64,000 nucleotides of DNA, taken from the NCBI GenBank assembly GCA_964187785.1, contig OZ076413.1, positions 45,820,001 through 45,884,000 on the forward strand. Direction: 5' to 3'. This stretch comes from Amphiscolops sp. MND2022 (lineage: Eukaryota). Under the pieces are notes generated by a model. That model was not told the origin of the DNA and did not search any database. It was given only the letters and a program-made list of their open reading frames with translations. The translations under genes and the position numbers were made by a program. This document shows, one piece after another, positions 11,298-21,898 of this stretch (positions are counted from its first letter, which is position 1; each line of letters opens with the position of its first letter).

Positions 11298-14200
11298 TCC
11301 TCCGCCCCGGAGAATGTCGGCTCGAATAAAGGTACTCGATAAAGTTTTATGAGGGGTCTGGTATAGGTTCGGGATTTCGAAGTCAAATTTGCGGATCGTG
11401 CAATACCGTCTGAACCATAATTTAGCGAGTCAATTCTCGCTGTGGTGTAATGGCCTCTGGGGTTGGACGTTTCGACTATCCAGACAAGATCGCCTGGGTT
11501 CAAGGCTCTGCGGCTATCCGTGGCCAATTTATTTCGGCGATTAAGTAAAGGAATGTACTCTTTCAACCACCTTGCCCAGATGGCGTCAGCGTAGGCTTGT
11601 GCCCGCGCGTATCGTTTCCGATGGTTGAAGTCTATTGCAGAGGTAGTTGTGGTCGGAAACCCGGTGTTCGGTAGGCCGAGAAGAAAAATGATTGGGCGTC
11701 AATGCATCTGTGTCATTTGGGTCGGAGCTAACTGGGGTTAGCGGTCGAGCGTTCAATGTCTGTTCGACCAAACAGAAGACAGTCAGAAGGATTTCATCGG
11801 TGAGGCGACGGTCGCCAAGGATGGAGTAGAAGACCCGTTTACAACTGCGGACTAAACGCTCCCACGACCCACCTTTGTGAGGCGTACCGGGGGGTTAAAC
11901 TTCCACGTAATTTTCTTGTGGACCAGCAGTTCGGGTGCTTGCTCATTCCATTTTCTTATGTTTTCGACTAGTTCAGTCTCGCTACCGACGAAGTTCGTAC
12001 CGTTGTCGGACCAAAATACGGACGGTGTACCGCGGCGCGCGGCGAATCTGAGTATTCCCATGACACATAAATTGGTGTCTAGGGAAGGAACGACTTCTAG
12101 ATGTACCGCTCTAGTTGTCAAGCACGTGAATAAGAAACCCCATCGCTTCTCGCTCGATCGGCGTACTGTCACGAAAAGCGGGCCAAAATAATCCACGCCT
12201 GTCATTGTAAAAGGTGGTTTTTGGAACGAGAGTCGCTCTATCGGAAGGTCAGCCATCATAGGTGACAATTTCTCAACCTTTCTACGACGACACACCAGAC
12301 AAGAACTTTCAATTTTACGCAGGGTGTTCCTCAATTTAAGAACGGCATAGCGTTGTTGGACTTGAGCCCGCATGAAGTCCACACCTGGGTGGTAATGCAT
12401 TTCATGCAGGTGTTGGAGTAGCAAGTCGACAAGCCTGTGTCGGCCGTCCAGAATGATTGGATGCTTGACATCGTAAGTGATTTCGCTCAGACGTTTGACA
12501 CGACCGGTGGATCGCATTAGGCCGCTGGCACTAATAAATGGCGAATAGGCAAGTATACGGCTTTTCGGGTGAAGTTGTTTTCCTTCCGAGAGATTCTTCA
12601 TTTCAAGGTGGAACGTTTCACGTTGTGCCATTGACAATAATTTTGATTCAGCAAGAGAGAGTTCGGAATAGTCAACAATTTTTCTGTCGGGAGTTCGGAA
12701 GTGACTATGTTTCGAGAGGATGCGCAGAATGTAAACCAGAATGCGCTGTAGTTTCTTGAAGGAACTGAAATTCTCCCACTGGATTATTTTCGCTGGACTT
12801 GCGACTATCTCGGAGGAGGGTAAAGCACTTTCTTCACCAGTACCCTTTTTCAGATCGTTAAGAACTGCGTTGTCGGGCTTGAAGGGCCAATCACCTGACC
12901 GCAAACATTCAGGCCCTAAATACCAGCTGCTAGACTTGAGGGCTTCTGCGGAGAGGCCTCTAGTTCCAGCGTCGGCTGCATTCTCGGAGGAGCTGACGTA
13001 ATTCCACTGGTCTATGGTTGTCAGCTCTAACATTTCGCAAACTCTATTCGCGAGGAAGATGGGTTGCTTTGTAGTAGATTGCAACCATTGCAAAACTGTA
13101 GTACTATCAGACCAAAGAAACGTCTTGTTAATCGAACGGGTGAAAACTTGGTGAATTTCGGCACACAACCTAGCGGCTAGGAGCGCAGCTTGCAGTTCCA
13201 ATTTATGGACTGTTAACGACTTCATGGGAGCTACACGGGTTTTTCCGATGACGAATGACAAAAACGGATTTGCGTTGGTTACCACACATGGTCTTCCTCG
13301 TAAAAAAGCGACTGTACTGAAGACCTCCTGTGAACTGTCTCCAAATAAGTGTAATTCAATTTGATCAACATCAACGGGGAAATAGCTACGGGGAATTGCC
13401 ATTTCACTTAGTCGGGGTAATTCGATTATCCATTCACTGATCCTTTGGGCTATGTCAGTTGGGAGTTGGTCATCCCATTGTTGACCAGAAACGCGCCAAA
13501 TGTCTTTCAACAGGAGCCTCGCTCTGACCGTGAACGGTTCGACTAGCCCAATGGGGTCAAATACAGCGGCAACGAGGCTGAGCACAGCTCGCTGCGTTAG
13601 AGCGGAAGGGACGTCTTTATTTGTTCCTCGGCTGACGACGAGGCTATCACTTGACTGATCCCACTTCAGTCCAAGCACGTGGGAGGAAGTGCCCAAAGTG
13701 TCTGAAATGGCTTTAGTTTGTTCCGTGTCGAGAGGTAACTCGCTCACGTTCAGTTCAGCGGTTGGTGCCGGAAAACTACTTTCAAACTTGGTAAGTTTGA
13801 AGCCTCCTTTGGCAAGCAACTCAACTAGATCTTTCGATCGCCGTAGAGCCAATTCGGAAGTGTGGAGTGAATCCAAATAGTCGTCCATGTAAAACTTGAG
13901 TGTCACAGCACGAGCTGCGTCGGCAAAAGAGACTGCATTCTCAGCGGCCGTTCTCCGCAGCGCATAATTTGCGCACGTGGGGGAGTCTTTTGCCCCAAAT
14001 ATGTGTCGCACATACTGGTAAACCTCAATGTCGTCGTTGAGGGCATCCCGCCACAAAAATCGGATGGATGGCTGATCTTGTTCCAGAACACCGACTTGAA
14101 GGAACATGCCTTCAATATCAGCGGAAACGGCAAATTTATGCTCACGGAAACGGAGTAGGGTATGTATCAAGTTCTGTAGTAGGTCGGGTCCTGTGAGGAG

Positions 14201-14640
14201 TGAGTTGATCAGCGATGCTTTCTGAAACTTGGCTGCGCCATTGAGAACGCGTCTCACCTTTGCAGGTTTGTTGGGATTCACCACAGGGTGGTGAGGAAGG
14301 TACCATTCACGTCATGATCTCTTCGTGGGATCGTACGGAGATACTTTAATGATGTAGCCGTTCGATAGGTCTGAAGAAATGGTCTCACTGTATCTATTTT
14401 TCAAAAAGGGGTCTTTCTCAAGTCTCTTTTCAAGTGACTTTAGTTGGACAAGAGCGGTATAATAGTTGTCTGGTAGGGCATCATCGTTAGCCCAAAGCAA
14501 TCCCACTTGGTAGCGGGTACCATCGTGGTATGTTGTGTCGTTCAGGATTTCCAGCGCCCGTTTGTCGGCAGTTGAACGCGGATCCACCTGTTTCATCGCG
14601 CCGAATGACTCGATGTCATACCACGCGCGGAGCAGTGCCC
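11255..14640 (-). pseudogene. pol: BEL/Pao pol (RT, RNase H, integrase, DUF5641-like C-terminus), disabled
   Basis: WYLPHHPVVNPNKPAKVRRV, GPDLL, ADIEGMFLQV, FGAKDSP, FYMDD, KLELQAALLA, NAADAGTRG, H-x3-H...CLVC, GVDYFGP, SDNGTNF, LNARPLT, GDLVWI. Premature stop at 14312-14314; frameshifts near 11870 and 11680. Confidence 0.95.
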
Positions 14641-16499
14641 AGCCGCTAGGTTCAAAAGAGAAGCACTGCGGAGGTCGGATTCATAAGAGAGTGATTGAAA
14701 CACATTGACAAGGCTACTGATGGTAGAAGCGTAGCTTATGATACTTTCAGAGCTATGCATTTTTACAGCAGGGTAGGTTGCGAGCTAGTCCATATAGGCT
14801 CCTACAACAGCTTGTGGCTGGCCGAATTTTTTCTCCAACGTTTTCAATGCTTCGGTGTACATAGCGCCGCAGTAAGCGAAGTTGGCGATGGCTGTTTTCG
14901 CTTTTCCGGTTACCAAGGTTTTGAGATATGTTAACTTTACATCTTGGCTCAATTGAATCGAATCTACAGCGGAACGAAATTGTCCATACCATTCGTGCCA
15001 GTTCAGTGGGTTTCCGTCATACTTATCCAATTCCCATTCCGGGAGAGGATCTTTCCTGCTTATTGTGAGCAACTCTGCGAGGTCCTTTATTGTTAAGTGG
15101 TTATTCAACCTTTGCTGGCTGGTTTGCATACTTTGCGGCTGTACCCATGTCTGGAAATGTGCAAGGTTCGGATTCGTTCCCGCTCCAGTGGAACTGTTTG
15201 ATGAGACAGGTAATGAAGGATACACAATACCGCCCTGGGGTACAGCGATGTAAGTGGTTGCTATCGTAGGTGCATTTGTTGAGGTGGCTGCGGTTGTGAC
15301 TGGTTTCTGCGTCAGCGCTGTTTGTGGTGCTATCGAGAAGTTCCAAGACGACAGATTAGGGGTATAGTTGACTATTGTACTTTTAGCTGGTGGTGCGCTG
15401 AGTGTTCCATTGAAAAGTGATTGATCTGAACTCATCGCAATAGCAGTGGAACTACCTGAACAATCGGATCAGTTCCCACAGGATTCACGATTGGTTTTTT
15501 CATGTCAATTGGTTGGGTCAACGAAGTGGCAGTCATATTAACAAGTGGCGGCGGGGTTGGCAGATTTAAGGAAACCGGATTCGTTTGACAATTAGCGGAC
15601 AATTGCAGAGATTGGTTGTTAATCGGAGGGTTGTTCATGAGTGGAGCTTGAGGCTGATTGAAATGTGAAGTCCCCGCAACTGATAGGTTATCGAATTTAT
15701 TGGGGAAGTTCTCGAGCTCTGCTGTTACATGAGTGTTCACATCAGCTATGGAAGTGTTTTGAACCCAGTTACTAATTCGATCTTGGTCGCGGGTTTCACT
15801 CAAAGCAAGATCCGGGTCGACCAGAATCTCGCTGACTTCAGAAACGTCTTCGAGCTCAGCCTCTTCCATGGTTGCTTCGGCTAACCTTTGTCTATTGCTC
15901 TCCTCCAACTCTAAAAACACTAAGCGATTCTTCGTTTCTTGGAGACGCAAGGCAACCTCGTTTTTTCTCTCTATCTCCTCCCGTCGCATTTTCGCCAAAA
16001 GCAACTCCTTTTTCCGTTGACTGGAAGCTTTAGACTGACTGGATGCTACTGCGCTTGATTTTTTGGAGACACTTGATTGAGCTTTTGACGTAGTCGACTT
16101 AGGTTTTTGTGGCGACGAATCGAGATTTCTGGAGGTTTCCACAACAGCAGGTTCTTCGTCGAGAGAGTCAATGTATTGGCGGGCCATGCTCAAAAATCTA
16201 TCATTGTTCGAAGTCAGTTCTTTGAGCCACGTTTCAAGCTCCACTTTCACCGTGTCGGACTCATTTAATTTTTTAGCGAGATGTAAAAGCTCATCGTTTT
16301 TGGAGACAGCCGCTGTTAGCTGCTCCTCACAAGTGTTAACAAGTTTTTCAACTTTCACTCTCCGGTCTTTCTTTTGGACGGATTCCTCAATCTCTTTTTG
16401 GACTTTTTTCAAATCGACTTGAAATTTAAATCTAGCCTCGTATAACTTAGTGGCTCTAGCTTCCAAAGACATTGTAGGCCTCGAACAAATCTGGCTCAA
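14640..16499 (-). pseudogene. gag: BEL/Pao gag (coiled-coil N-terminus, DUF1759-like domain), frameshifted and truncated
   Basis: ORFs 15432-16499 and 14785-15435 lie in different frames; LDKYDGNPLNWHEWYGQFRSAV...KLTYLKTLVTGKAKTAI...ALKTLEKKFGQP is the BEL gag motif; stop at 14785; zinc knuckles and protease are missing. Confidence 0.9.
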
Positions 16500-16593
16500 T
16501 ACCTTTACTTCGAAATAGAAAATGTACAGTCAAGGAGGGGAGAATTCGGTGGGAAAGACGGTTCTAGTTTATGGAACATTCTTAGGCGCTCAA

Positions 16594-16997
16594 GTGCATC
16601 CATCACCTATAACCCAGGAGTAAACCGAGGTCACCGGATCAACACAAAGAACGCGACGATTAATTGGATTATTGACGGCGGAAAAGTACTATCGAGAAAG
16701 TTGGAGCAGTCCGGGGTGGAATGACGTGAAAAAAAAAACGTTTAGAGAATTCATCAGTAATAGAATAGTACACGCGGGTTATCTCAAAATATATATGTCT
16801 GGTGCTCCCCCATAACTAAGGAGTAAACCTCAGACACAAGGGAACATCAGACAGCCTTATGAACTAATGAAGAACAAATTTGTTTCGCAATTAACAGCCG
16901 CAGCGTAAAAGGCGGGCGAAAAATTCGATAGCTTGGAAAGTCAGTTCGTTCAGTGTTCCCTCAGAACTATGGAGTGAACCTCAGACAAAAGGGACAC
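16594..16997 (-). promoter_or_regulatory. Three copies of a conserved stem-loop motif (GG-UU(U/C)ACU-CC apical hairpin) in the leader between the accessory ORF and gag
   Basis: Plus-strand GGAGT(A/G)AACC at 16617, 16820 and 16971; each sits in an inner stem plus outer stem whose sequences differ between copies but still pair (folded by eye). Confidence 0.55.
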
Positions 16998-17007
16998 AGA
17001 AAATACT

Positions 17008-17604
17008 TCACAATGATGTCAGCTTACGATTACGCAGGGCACGACGTCGGCGTTTGTTGAGTTTTTTCGGCCGACTTCTCTCAGCAAGAACGCTTAAGAT
17101 TTCACTGTACCTCAACACCAAGAACAAAGACTTCAATTCTAAATCAGGTCGCTGGTGCAGTGAGGAGTATTCTCGCTGCAATGTTACATTACGCGCTTTG
17201 CGTTTGGATATAAAATCAATCAAAACATTCAATGAAAAAACTGTACTCTTCAATGTTCGAAAGATGTCAGGGACACCCTTTCGACGGCAGTACACCACAG
17301 CTCTCAAACGTTTTTGATAATAAGAAAGAACTTTCAAGAGTTCGGGGCACGATAGCGGTCTGTTTCGGTTACTTGAGTGTTTGCTCAAATAGTTATTCAG
17401 CACATCATGCCACAAAATACAATATTTTTCACTTTTGAAGCAATTATTCAACAGAAATTGAATAGTTTTCCTTTTATTGACGGCGTTCGGGTTACAACTC
17501 AACCCAGGTACAGTGAAAACACGCTTGGCGATGCGTTTACGAGTGTTTTTTGGCAAAGTTTCTATTGCATGATGGAGCGAGCTAGCTCCCAAGATAAACA
17601 CCAT
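17008..17604 (-). CDS. Accessory ORF (198 aa from ATG 17604) inside the BEL element; SGNH/GDSL-fold-like with basic C-terminal tail
   Basis: VFILGASSL (block I-like), FTVPGLS (block II Gly), ILWHDVLNN (block III-like) and YSSLHQ (block V His) occur in canonical order; tail RSRPKKLNKRRRRALRNRK; uninterrupted and on the same strand as gag-pol. Confidence 0.65.
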   Translation of the reverse strand: MVFILGASSLHHAIETLPKNTRKRIAKRVFTVPGLSCNPNAVNKRKTIQFLLNNCFKSEKYCILWHDVLNNYLSKHSSNRNRPLSCPELLKVLSYYQKRLRAVVYCRRKGVPDIFRTLKSTVFSLNVLIDFISKRKARNVTLQREYSSLHQRPDLELKSLFLVLRYSEILSVLAERSRPKKLNKRRRRALRNRKLTSL

Positions 17605-17995
17605 CAACTTTTACTCGAGCCCGCAAAAGTTATGGCTGGGATTTTTGTTCGAATTTGATTACGCGCGCTTGCTATTAGAGATTAGTCCTTTGTCCTTTGA
17701 AAAAGCACAATAAAAAGACACATGAACAAGGCTGGCTTAGAAAATGGATAAAGGATAAATTAAAGTTTTTTTTCAAATCGAAAAGTTTCAAAGTTTGTTT
17801 TCGTTTAGTAACCTTTGTGTACTTAGCTGAACATGGGTTGTAGCTGCGGGTTCATTCGTGCACATGAAGAGCCCTGTTGATCTGATGCAAGCTTCGAAAA
17901 TTGCAGTGGGAAGATGGGTCGGGTAATGTTGACCGTTGAGGTTAACTTCAACAACTTCGGAAGGGTTGGGTGGGAAATAATCGGTTCGGGGCTGG

Positions 17996-18014
17996 ATCCC
18001 GGGTCGCGGCACCA
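17996..18014 (-). promoter_or_regulatory. Primer-binding site, probably tRNA-Phe
   Basis: TGGTGCCGCGACCCGGGAT begins 3 nt after the 5' LTR; it is complementary to a tRNA 3' end ...ATCCCGGGTCGCGGCACCA, resembling eukaryotic tRNA-Phe. Confidence 0.75.
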
Positions 18015-18017
18015 AAA

Positions 18018-18519
18018 TGTTTCCTCTATGTCTGCCGGTTCGGTGAGAAACGATGTTTAAAAAATAACAATAGATTTCGAAGTAACTTGGCCGAAATACA
18101 ATGTATGAGATTCAACGGTTAACAGAATTGGGTAGGCGTTTTAGCCTGCAACGGTTTTTGTGAACACAAATTGGCGGCTTCAATGTGATAAGTACATGAA
18201 CTTTAGCACCGATTATTCAATATTTATCAATAGTGTGTATAATTAAATGTCAATGAAATTAATTAAATTAGAACAAAGGTCAGCTGTCAATCAAAATATT
18301 ATGTCAGTCATTTTTACATGCCAAATAAATCCAGAGGACAAAAGTTTTGTGTTTATGTTTTATGTTTATTCAAGAAAGAGAATTGGTTCACCCATACCGT
18401 TCTTTGGCGGGTTCGAAAAGCCATCAATAACGTGAAGGTCGACGTTCGTACCGTAAACATTGGTATTTTAATTAGATTATAGGCGATTTTCATTTTTTGT
18501 TGACAAACAATTGTCAACA
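18018..18519 (-). repeat. 5' LTR of BEL/Pao element
   Basis: Direct repeat of 10796-11297, adjacent to the PBS. Confidence 0.97.
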
Positions 18520-18664
18520 GCTACCCGTTTGAACTTTTTGCCAAAACTTCCCTTAAACGGGAATGTCGGTAAATACATGCATAATTCCCAGACGTTCTCT
18601 GGAATCTGACCTTTTCAAATAATTTCACGTGTCACGTGGTTTGAACTGTGAGTTACTTTTTCAG

Positions 18665-18792
18665 GCACGTGTTGCAACTCCCAAGTTCACGAGTATATGA
18701 GTCACGGGGACAACTTCGGAGTGTCCCCCCAGGACTATTACGCCAAAGTCACAAACTTCTCCACTCAAAACAAAGTCCTCAATCGCATAAAG
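18665..18792 (+). CDS. Exon C of host gene 1
   Basis: tttttcAG acceptor and AAG|GTTGTT donor; phase 1 to phase 0; encodes (G)TCCNSQVHEYMSHGDNFGVSPQDYYAKVTNFSTQNKVLNRIK. Confidence 0.75.
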
Positions 18793-19212
18793 GTTGTTTC
18801 GAATTACTTTCATTACCGTTCGAAAATTCTCAGTTTTCAACATCTCGGTTGTAATATTTCGGATCTCCAAATTATCTGTTTGCTCATTGTCATTTTGTGG
18901 CCTTTTCTGTTACACTCGAGAAAACATAACGGGAACGATACTATAATACTATGTTCACATGTTTTTCCCGTATATAGATTATTCGTTGAGCTAAACTTTA
19001 TAGTAAATGTTTTCCTTACTTTTTTTTTCAAAAAAAAGATCTTCTAAAAATGAACGTTATCAGCCCTGGTTCTCGTAATTATAATACTCGACCTACAGCA
19101 TGGCAAATACGAAGATCACAAAGTGTTAGCAGAAAAGAAATTGTCTAGGAAGGTTTTAAAAGCACATTTCAGACAAAACTTTCATTATTTTCATTTCAGT
19201 ATTCTCTCCTAG

Positions 19213-19440
19213 GCCCGACACGACAAAGATTCAGATGTGAACGTGCTCTCTGAAATTGGGTTCGGAGTGGGAGACCTTCAAGTGGACGGGGCAAAGGCCG
19301 GCCTTGATTACGTTTTCCCGCCAAAAATGAAGGTGACCTTGACTGTGGATTACAACGACGCGCGTGACCAGATAACTTTCGATTGGTTCAAAAGCGCCGT
19401 CATGTGCAAAGCCCAACCTTGGATTTGTGAAGATGTTTGA
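19213..19440 (+). CDS. Terminal exon D of host gene 1
   Basis: tctcctAG acceptor, phase 0; encodes ARHDKDSDVNVLSEIGFGVGDLQVDG...FDWFKSAVMCKAQPWICEDV*; AATAAA at ~19578. Confidence 0.8.
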   Translation, partial: ARHDKDSDVNVLSEIGFGVGDLQVDGAKAGLDYVFPPKMKVTLTVDYNDARDQITFDWFKSAVMCKAQPWICEDV

Positions 19441-20886
19441 GATCGGAGTGTCTCATATTCATAAATCATGTCTTTGACAGTGAGACAAGTTCGAGTCCTA
19501 TTAGATTTGATCTGTTAAAGCCTATCTATTGTGCTCTGAAATTAAATCTAGTTGTATTTATTAGAGAAATTTGAAGAAATAAAAGTAATGAAATTTTAGA
19601 CACTGCAAATGTTCTCATAATGCTTTATCATTCAGGTTCTTTTTTTACCAAAATGAAGCGAATGGTTACTGAAATAACGATAAGTTTCTGAGTACCTAAA
19701 CCTAATTAGGCTAAATAAAATGTTCATTGAGGGTTTTTGCTTTGGAGATCAGAAATTAAATGCTAACAACTGATTTTTTTCAGCAAGAAACGTGAAATTT
19801 CTGTAATTGCATTTATTTTTATGTGCTATACCAGAAGCCAATGAGAACTTTTGGAATTTCTCATGGCTGGCAATTTCATGTTTTGTGCTTCGAACATTTT
19901 TTGCGCAAAACTTGTATCTGAAAACTGTAACTGATATTCGCTCGAAAGGTTTGTCGCGTGGGTTGACCAACATGGAAATCGTAGAACAATCATCATAATA
20001 CGATACGATCATGTCAATATCTCAGCCAAATCGTGCCAAGATTAATCGAATTCGCACCACGATTGACTCGATGCCGCAGAAAGGTCTTAATACGAAACGT
20101 TAGATAGTTGTGATTGTGCGTAAGGCCCACGGCGTGAAAAAAAGGTCATGATGCTGAACGGGCAGTTCTAATTGATCATAGTTGAGTCAGTGACACAACA
20201 AACAAACTGAAAGATTGAAAGCTCGCTATATGATCAGAAAAAGATAGTTTTAGTTCTTGAAAAGCTTTGGAAAAGAACAAAACGGTTGTCGAAAAGCTAT
20301 CAATGCACCTGGGTGAAAGATCAATGAAACGTGATATCGAACTCATTGACTATGCTAGGGGTATCGATATTGACACGATTACTGAACACTGTACATCACA
20401 AAGTTTCACTTCAAATGCAACTAGAGGTTTCCGCCGTCATAAATTGGATGATATTTAAAGCTACGCAGTGAACCATGAACTGTGAGACATGACGCGCTGA
20501 CATTTGGTTGCAACAAACAACATAATGTTCGTACACTTGGAACTGTCTGTTGTTTTTAAAGAAGACAAGGACTCCTCGTTGATTACTTCTTGACCGACAG
20601 ATATGATCAGTATGCTAGCTGAGCTTGTCTATGAAAACAAAGCACTTACCCATGTGTAAAGTGATGTCTAATGACATTTCTAAAGTCTAAAGTTTTTTGA
20701 GAAAAAACCGGACCTGAGATATCTTCGAATATTGGTTGAAAGAAAGCGAAGCTGTAAATATACGTTCGGAAAGATATCAGTTCTTCGAATCGATTTCTAT
20801 AAAACGTCGAACGCAGCTCGGATTATTTTGTAAGACCGGACAACCTTCCTAAAATATCACTTGAATTTGACAATGAATGTTCTGTC

Positions 20887-21898
20887 TTTAGTCCGCGCTT
20901 TTTTTTGAAAAGAGCGACTATAATCATGGCCTTTTGTCAGTTATTTTCGAATACACCTGAACTAGTCAATATAAATCTACCAGAAATCTGCCAATTTTGG
21001 CAAAGTCAGTAACTTGGCTCAGTAGTTTGCAGTAGCATGCGATAAAAAGAGCAGTTAGACATAGTTGACTAAGTACCTGCCAGGCGGACAAGTTGTTCTG
21101 AAAAAAATATTATAGACCACAATTAAGGTCTGAAGATATTGAAATACAGTTGATTTGTTCTCACACTCTCTTTAACCAAGCCGTTAGCTGTAACATAGTT
21201 AACGCGGATTTCCCGTCTTGTTGGCGATGTCTGAGAAGCAGCGGTACAGGGGTTCGAGTCTCGCACTAAAACATTTTTTATGTGATTTCGTGCGATACTA
21301 AAAATAGTTGGAGACTAAAGGGAGACCAATTTTAGTTTTTTTCCGGCACTATGCAACTTGTTTTCCGATTTTTCAAAACTTAAACTCCCCCGCTCGATTT
21401 TCAGCAGAAACAAAACTTTTTTTGGCACTATGTGACTTACCAGTGATTAAAAAAATTGTTCACAATTTTTATAGGTTTACCGTGAAGGGAACATGTTCCC
21501 GAGTCTCGAGGGCGATATCTTTGTCATCTTTTAATTCGATAGTACTGATGAGTTTTCTTAATGATTGCGGAAAAAACGTATTTTTATGATTTTTTCGGCT
21601 CTATGCGTCGTCTTTCCCAGAAATATCATTTGGTCAAAGAGTAACCTCCTCGTCGATTTCATAGTTGATTTCAACTTGAGAAAAAGTAGTTTTGCGAGCA
21701 CTATGGGCTTTCGAACTAGAAATATTTTTCAAAAAAAGATTTTTTGTTTCCAGTTAAGAATAAATGTGGTTTCCGAGTTTTATGTGTATCCCTTGGGGTA
21801 ATTTCTGGGCTCTGAAAAAGTGATAAAAGTTTTAAAATAGTAATCATTGCTTGTTTGAGAAACTGAGTTTTTTGAAACTTGGGCCTGTCTCGGCTTTT
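20887..21898 (+). mobile_element. Diverged Helentron-like element with tRNA-like insert
   Basis: Degenerate 5' end TTTAGTCCGCGC...GAGCGACTAT, degenerate 3' end ACTTGGGCCTGTCTCGGCTT; internal TGTCTGAGAAGCAG...GGTTCGAGTCTCGC is shared with 6503-6539. Confidence 0.5.

Larger units (their letters stand above)
10796..18519 (-). mobile_element. BEL/Pao LTR retrotransposon, both LTRs present, internally deleted and disabled
   Basis: Two 502-bp TG...CA LTRs (about 19 differences by eye, ~96% identity); 6-bp TSD GCTACC (10790-10795 and 18520-18525); PBS and PPT present; DUF1759-type gag; RT FYMDD; Pao-type RNase H (LHLFGDSS); integrase. Confidence 0.97.

Noticed and set aside
11877..16422. Plus-strand ORFs over the BEL element (and 55184-57981 over the Mag element)
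   Set aside because: Antisense shadows of gag-pol with no independent coding signal.
16594..16997. Hammerhead ribozyme interpretation of the repeated hairpins
   Set aside because: The CUGAUGA and GAAA core motifs and the three-way junction are absent.
17788..18015. 75-aa ORF spanning the BEL PBS
   Set aside because: Starts at TTG within the PBS, has no early ATG and no motif; cannot be supported.
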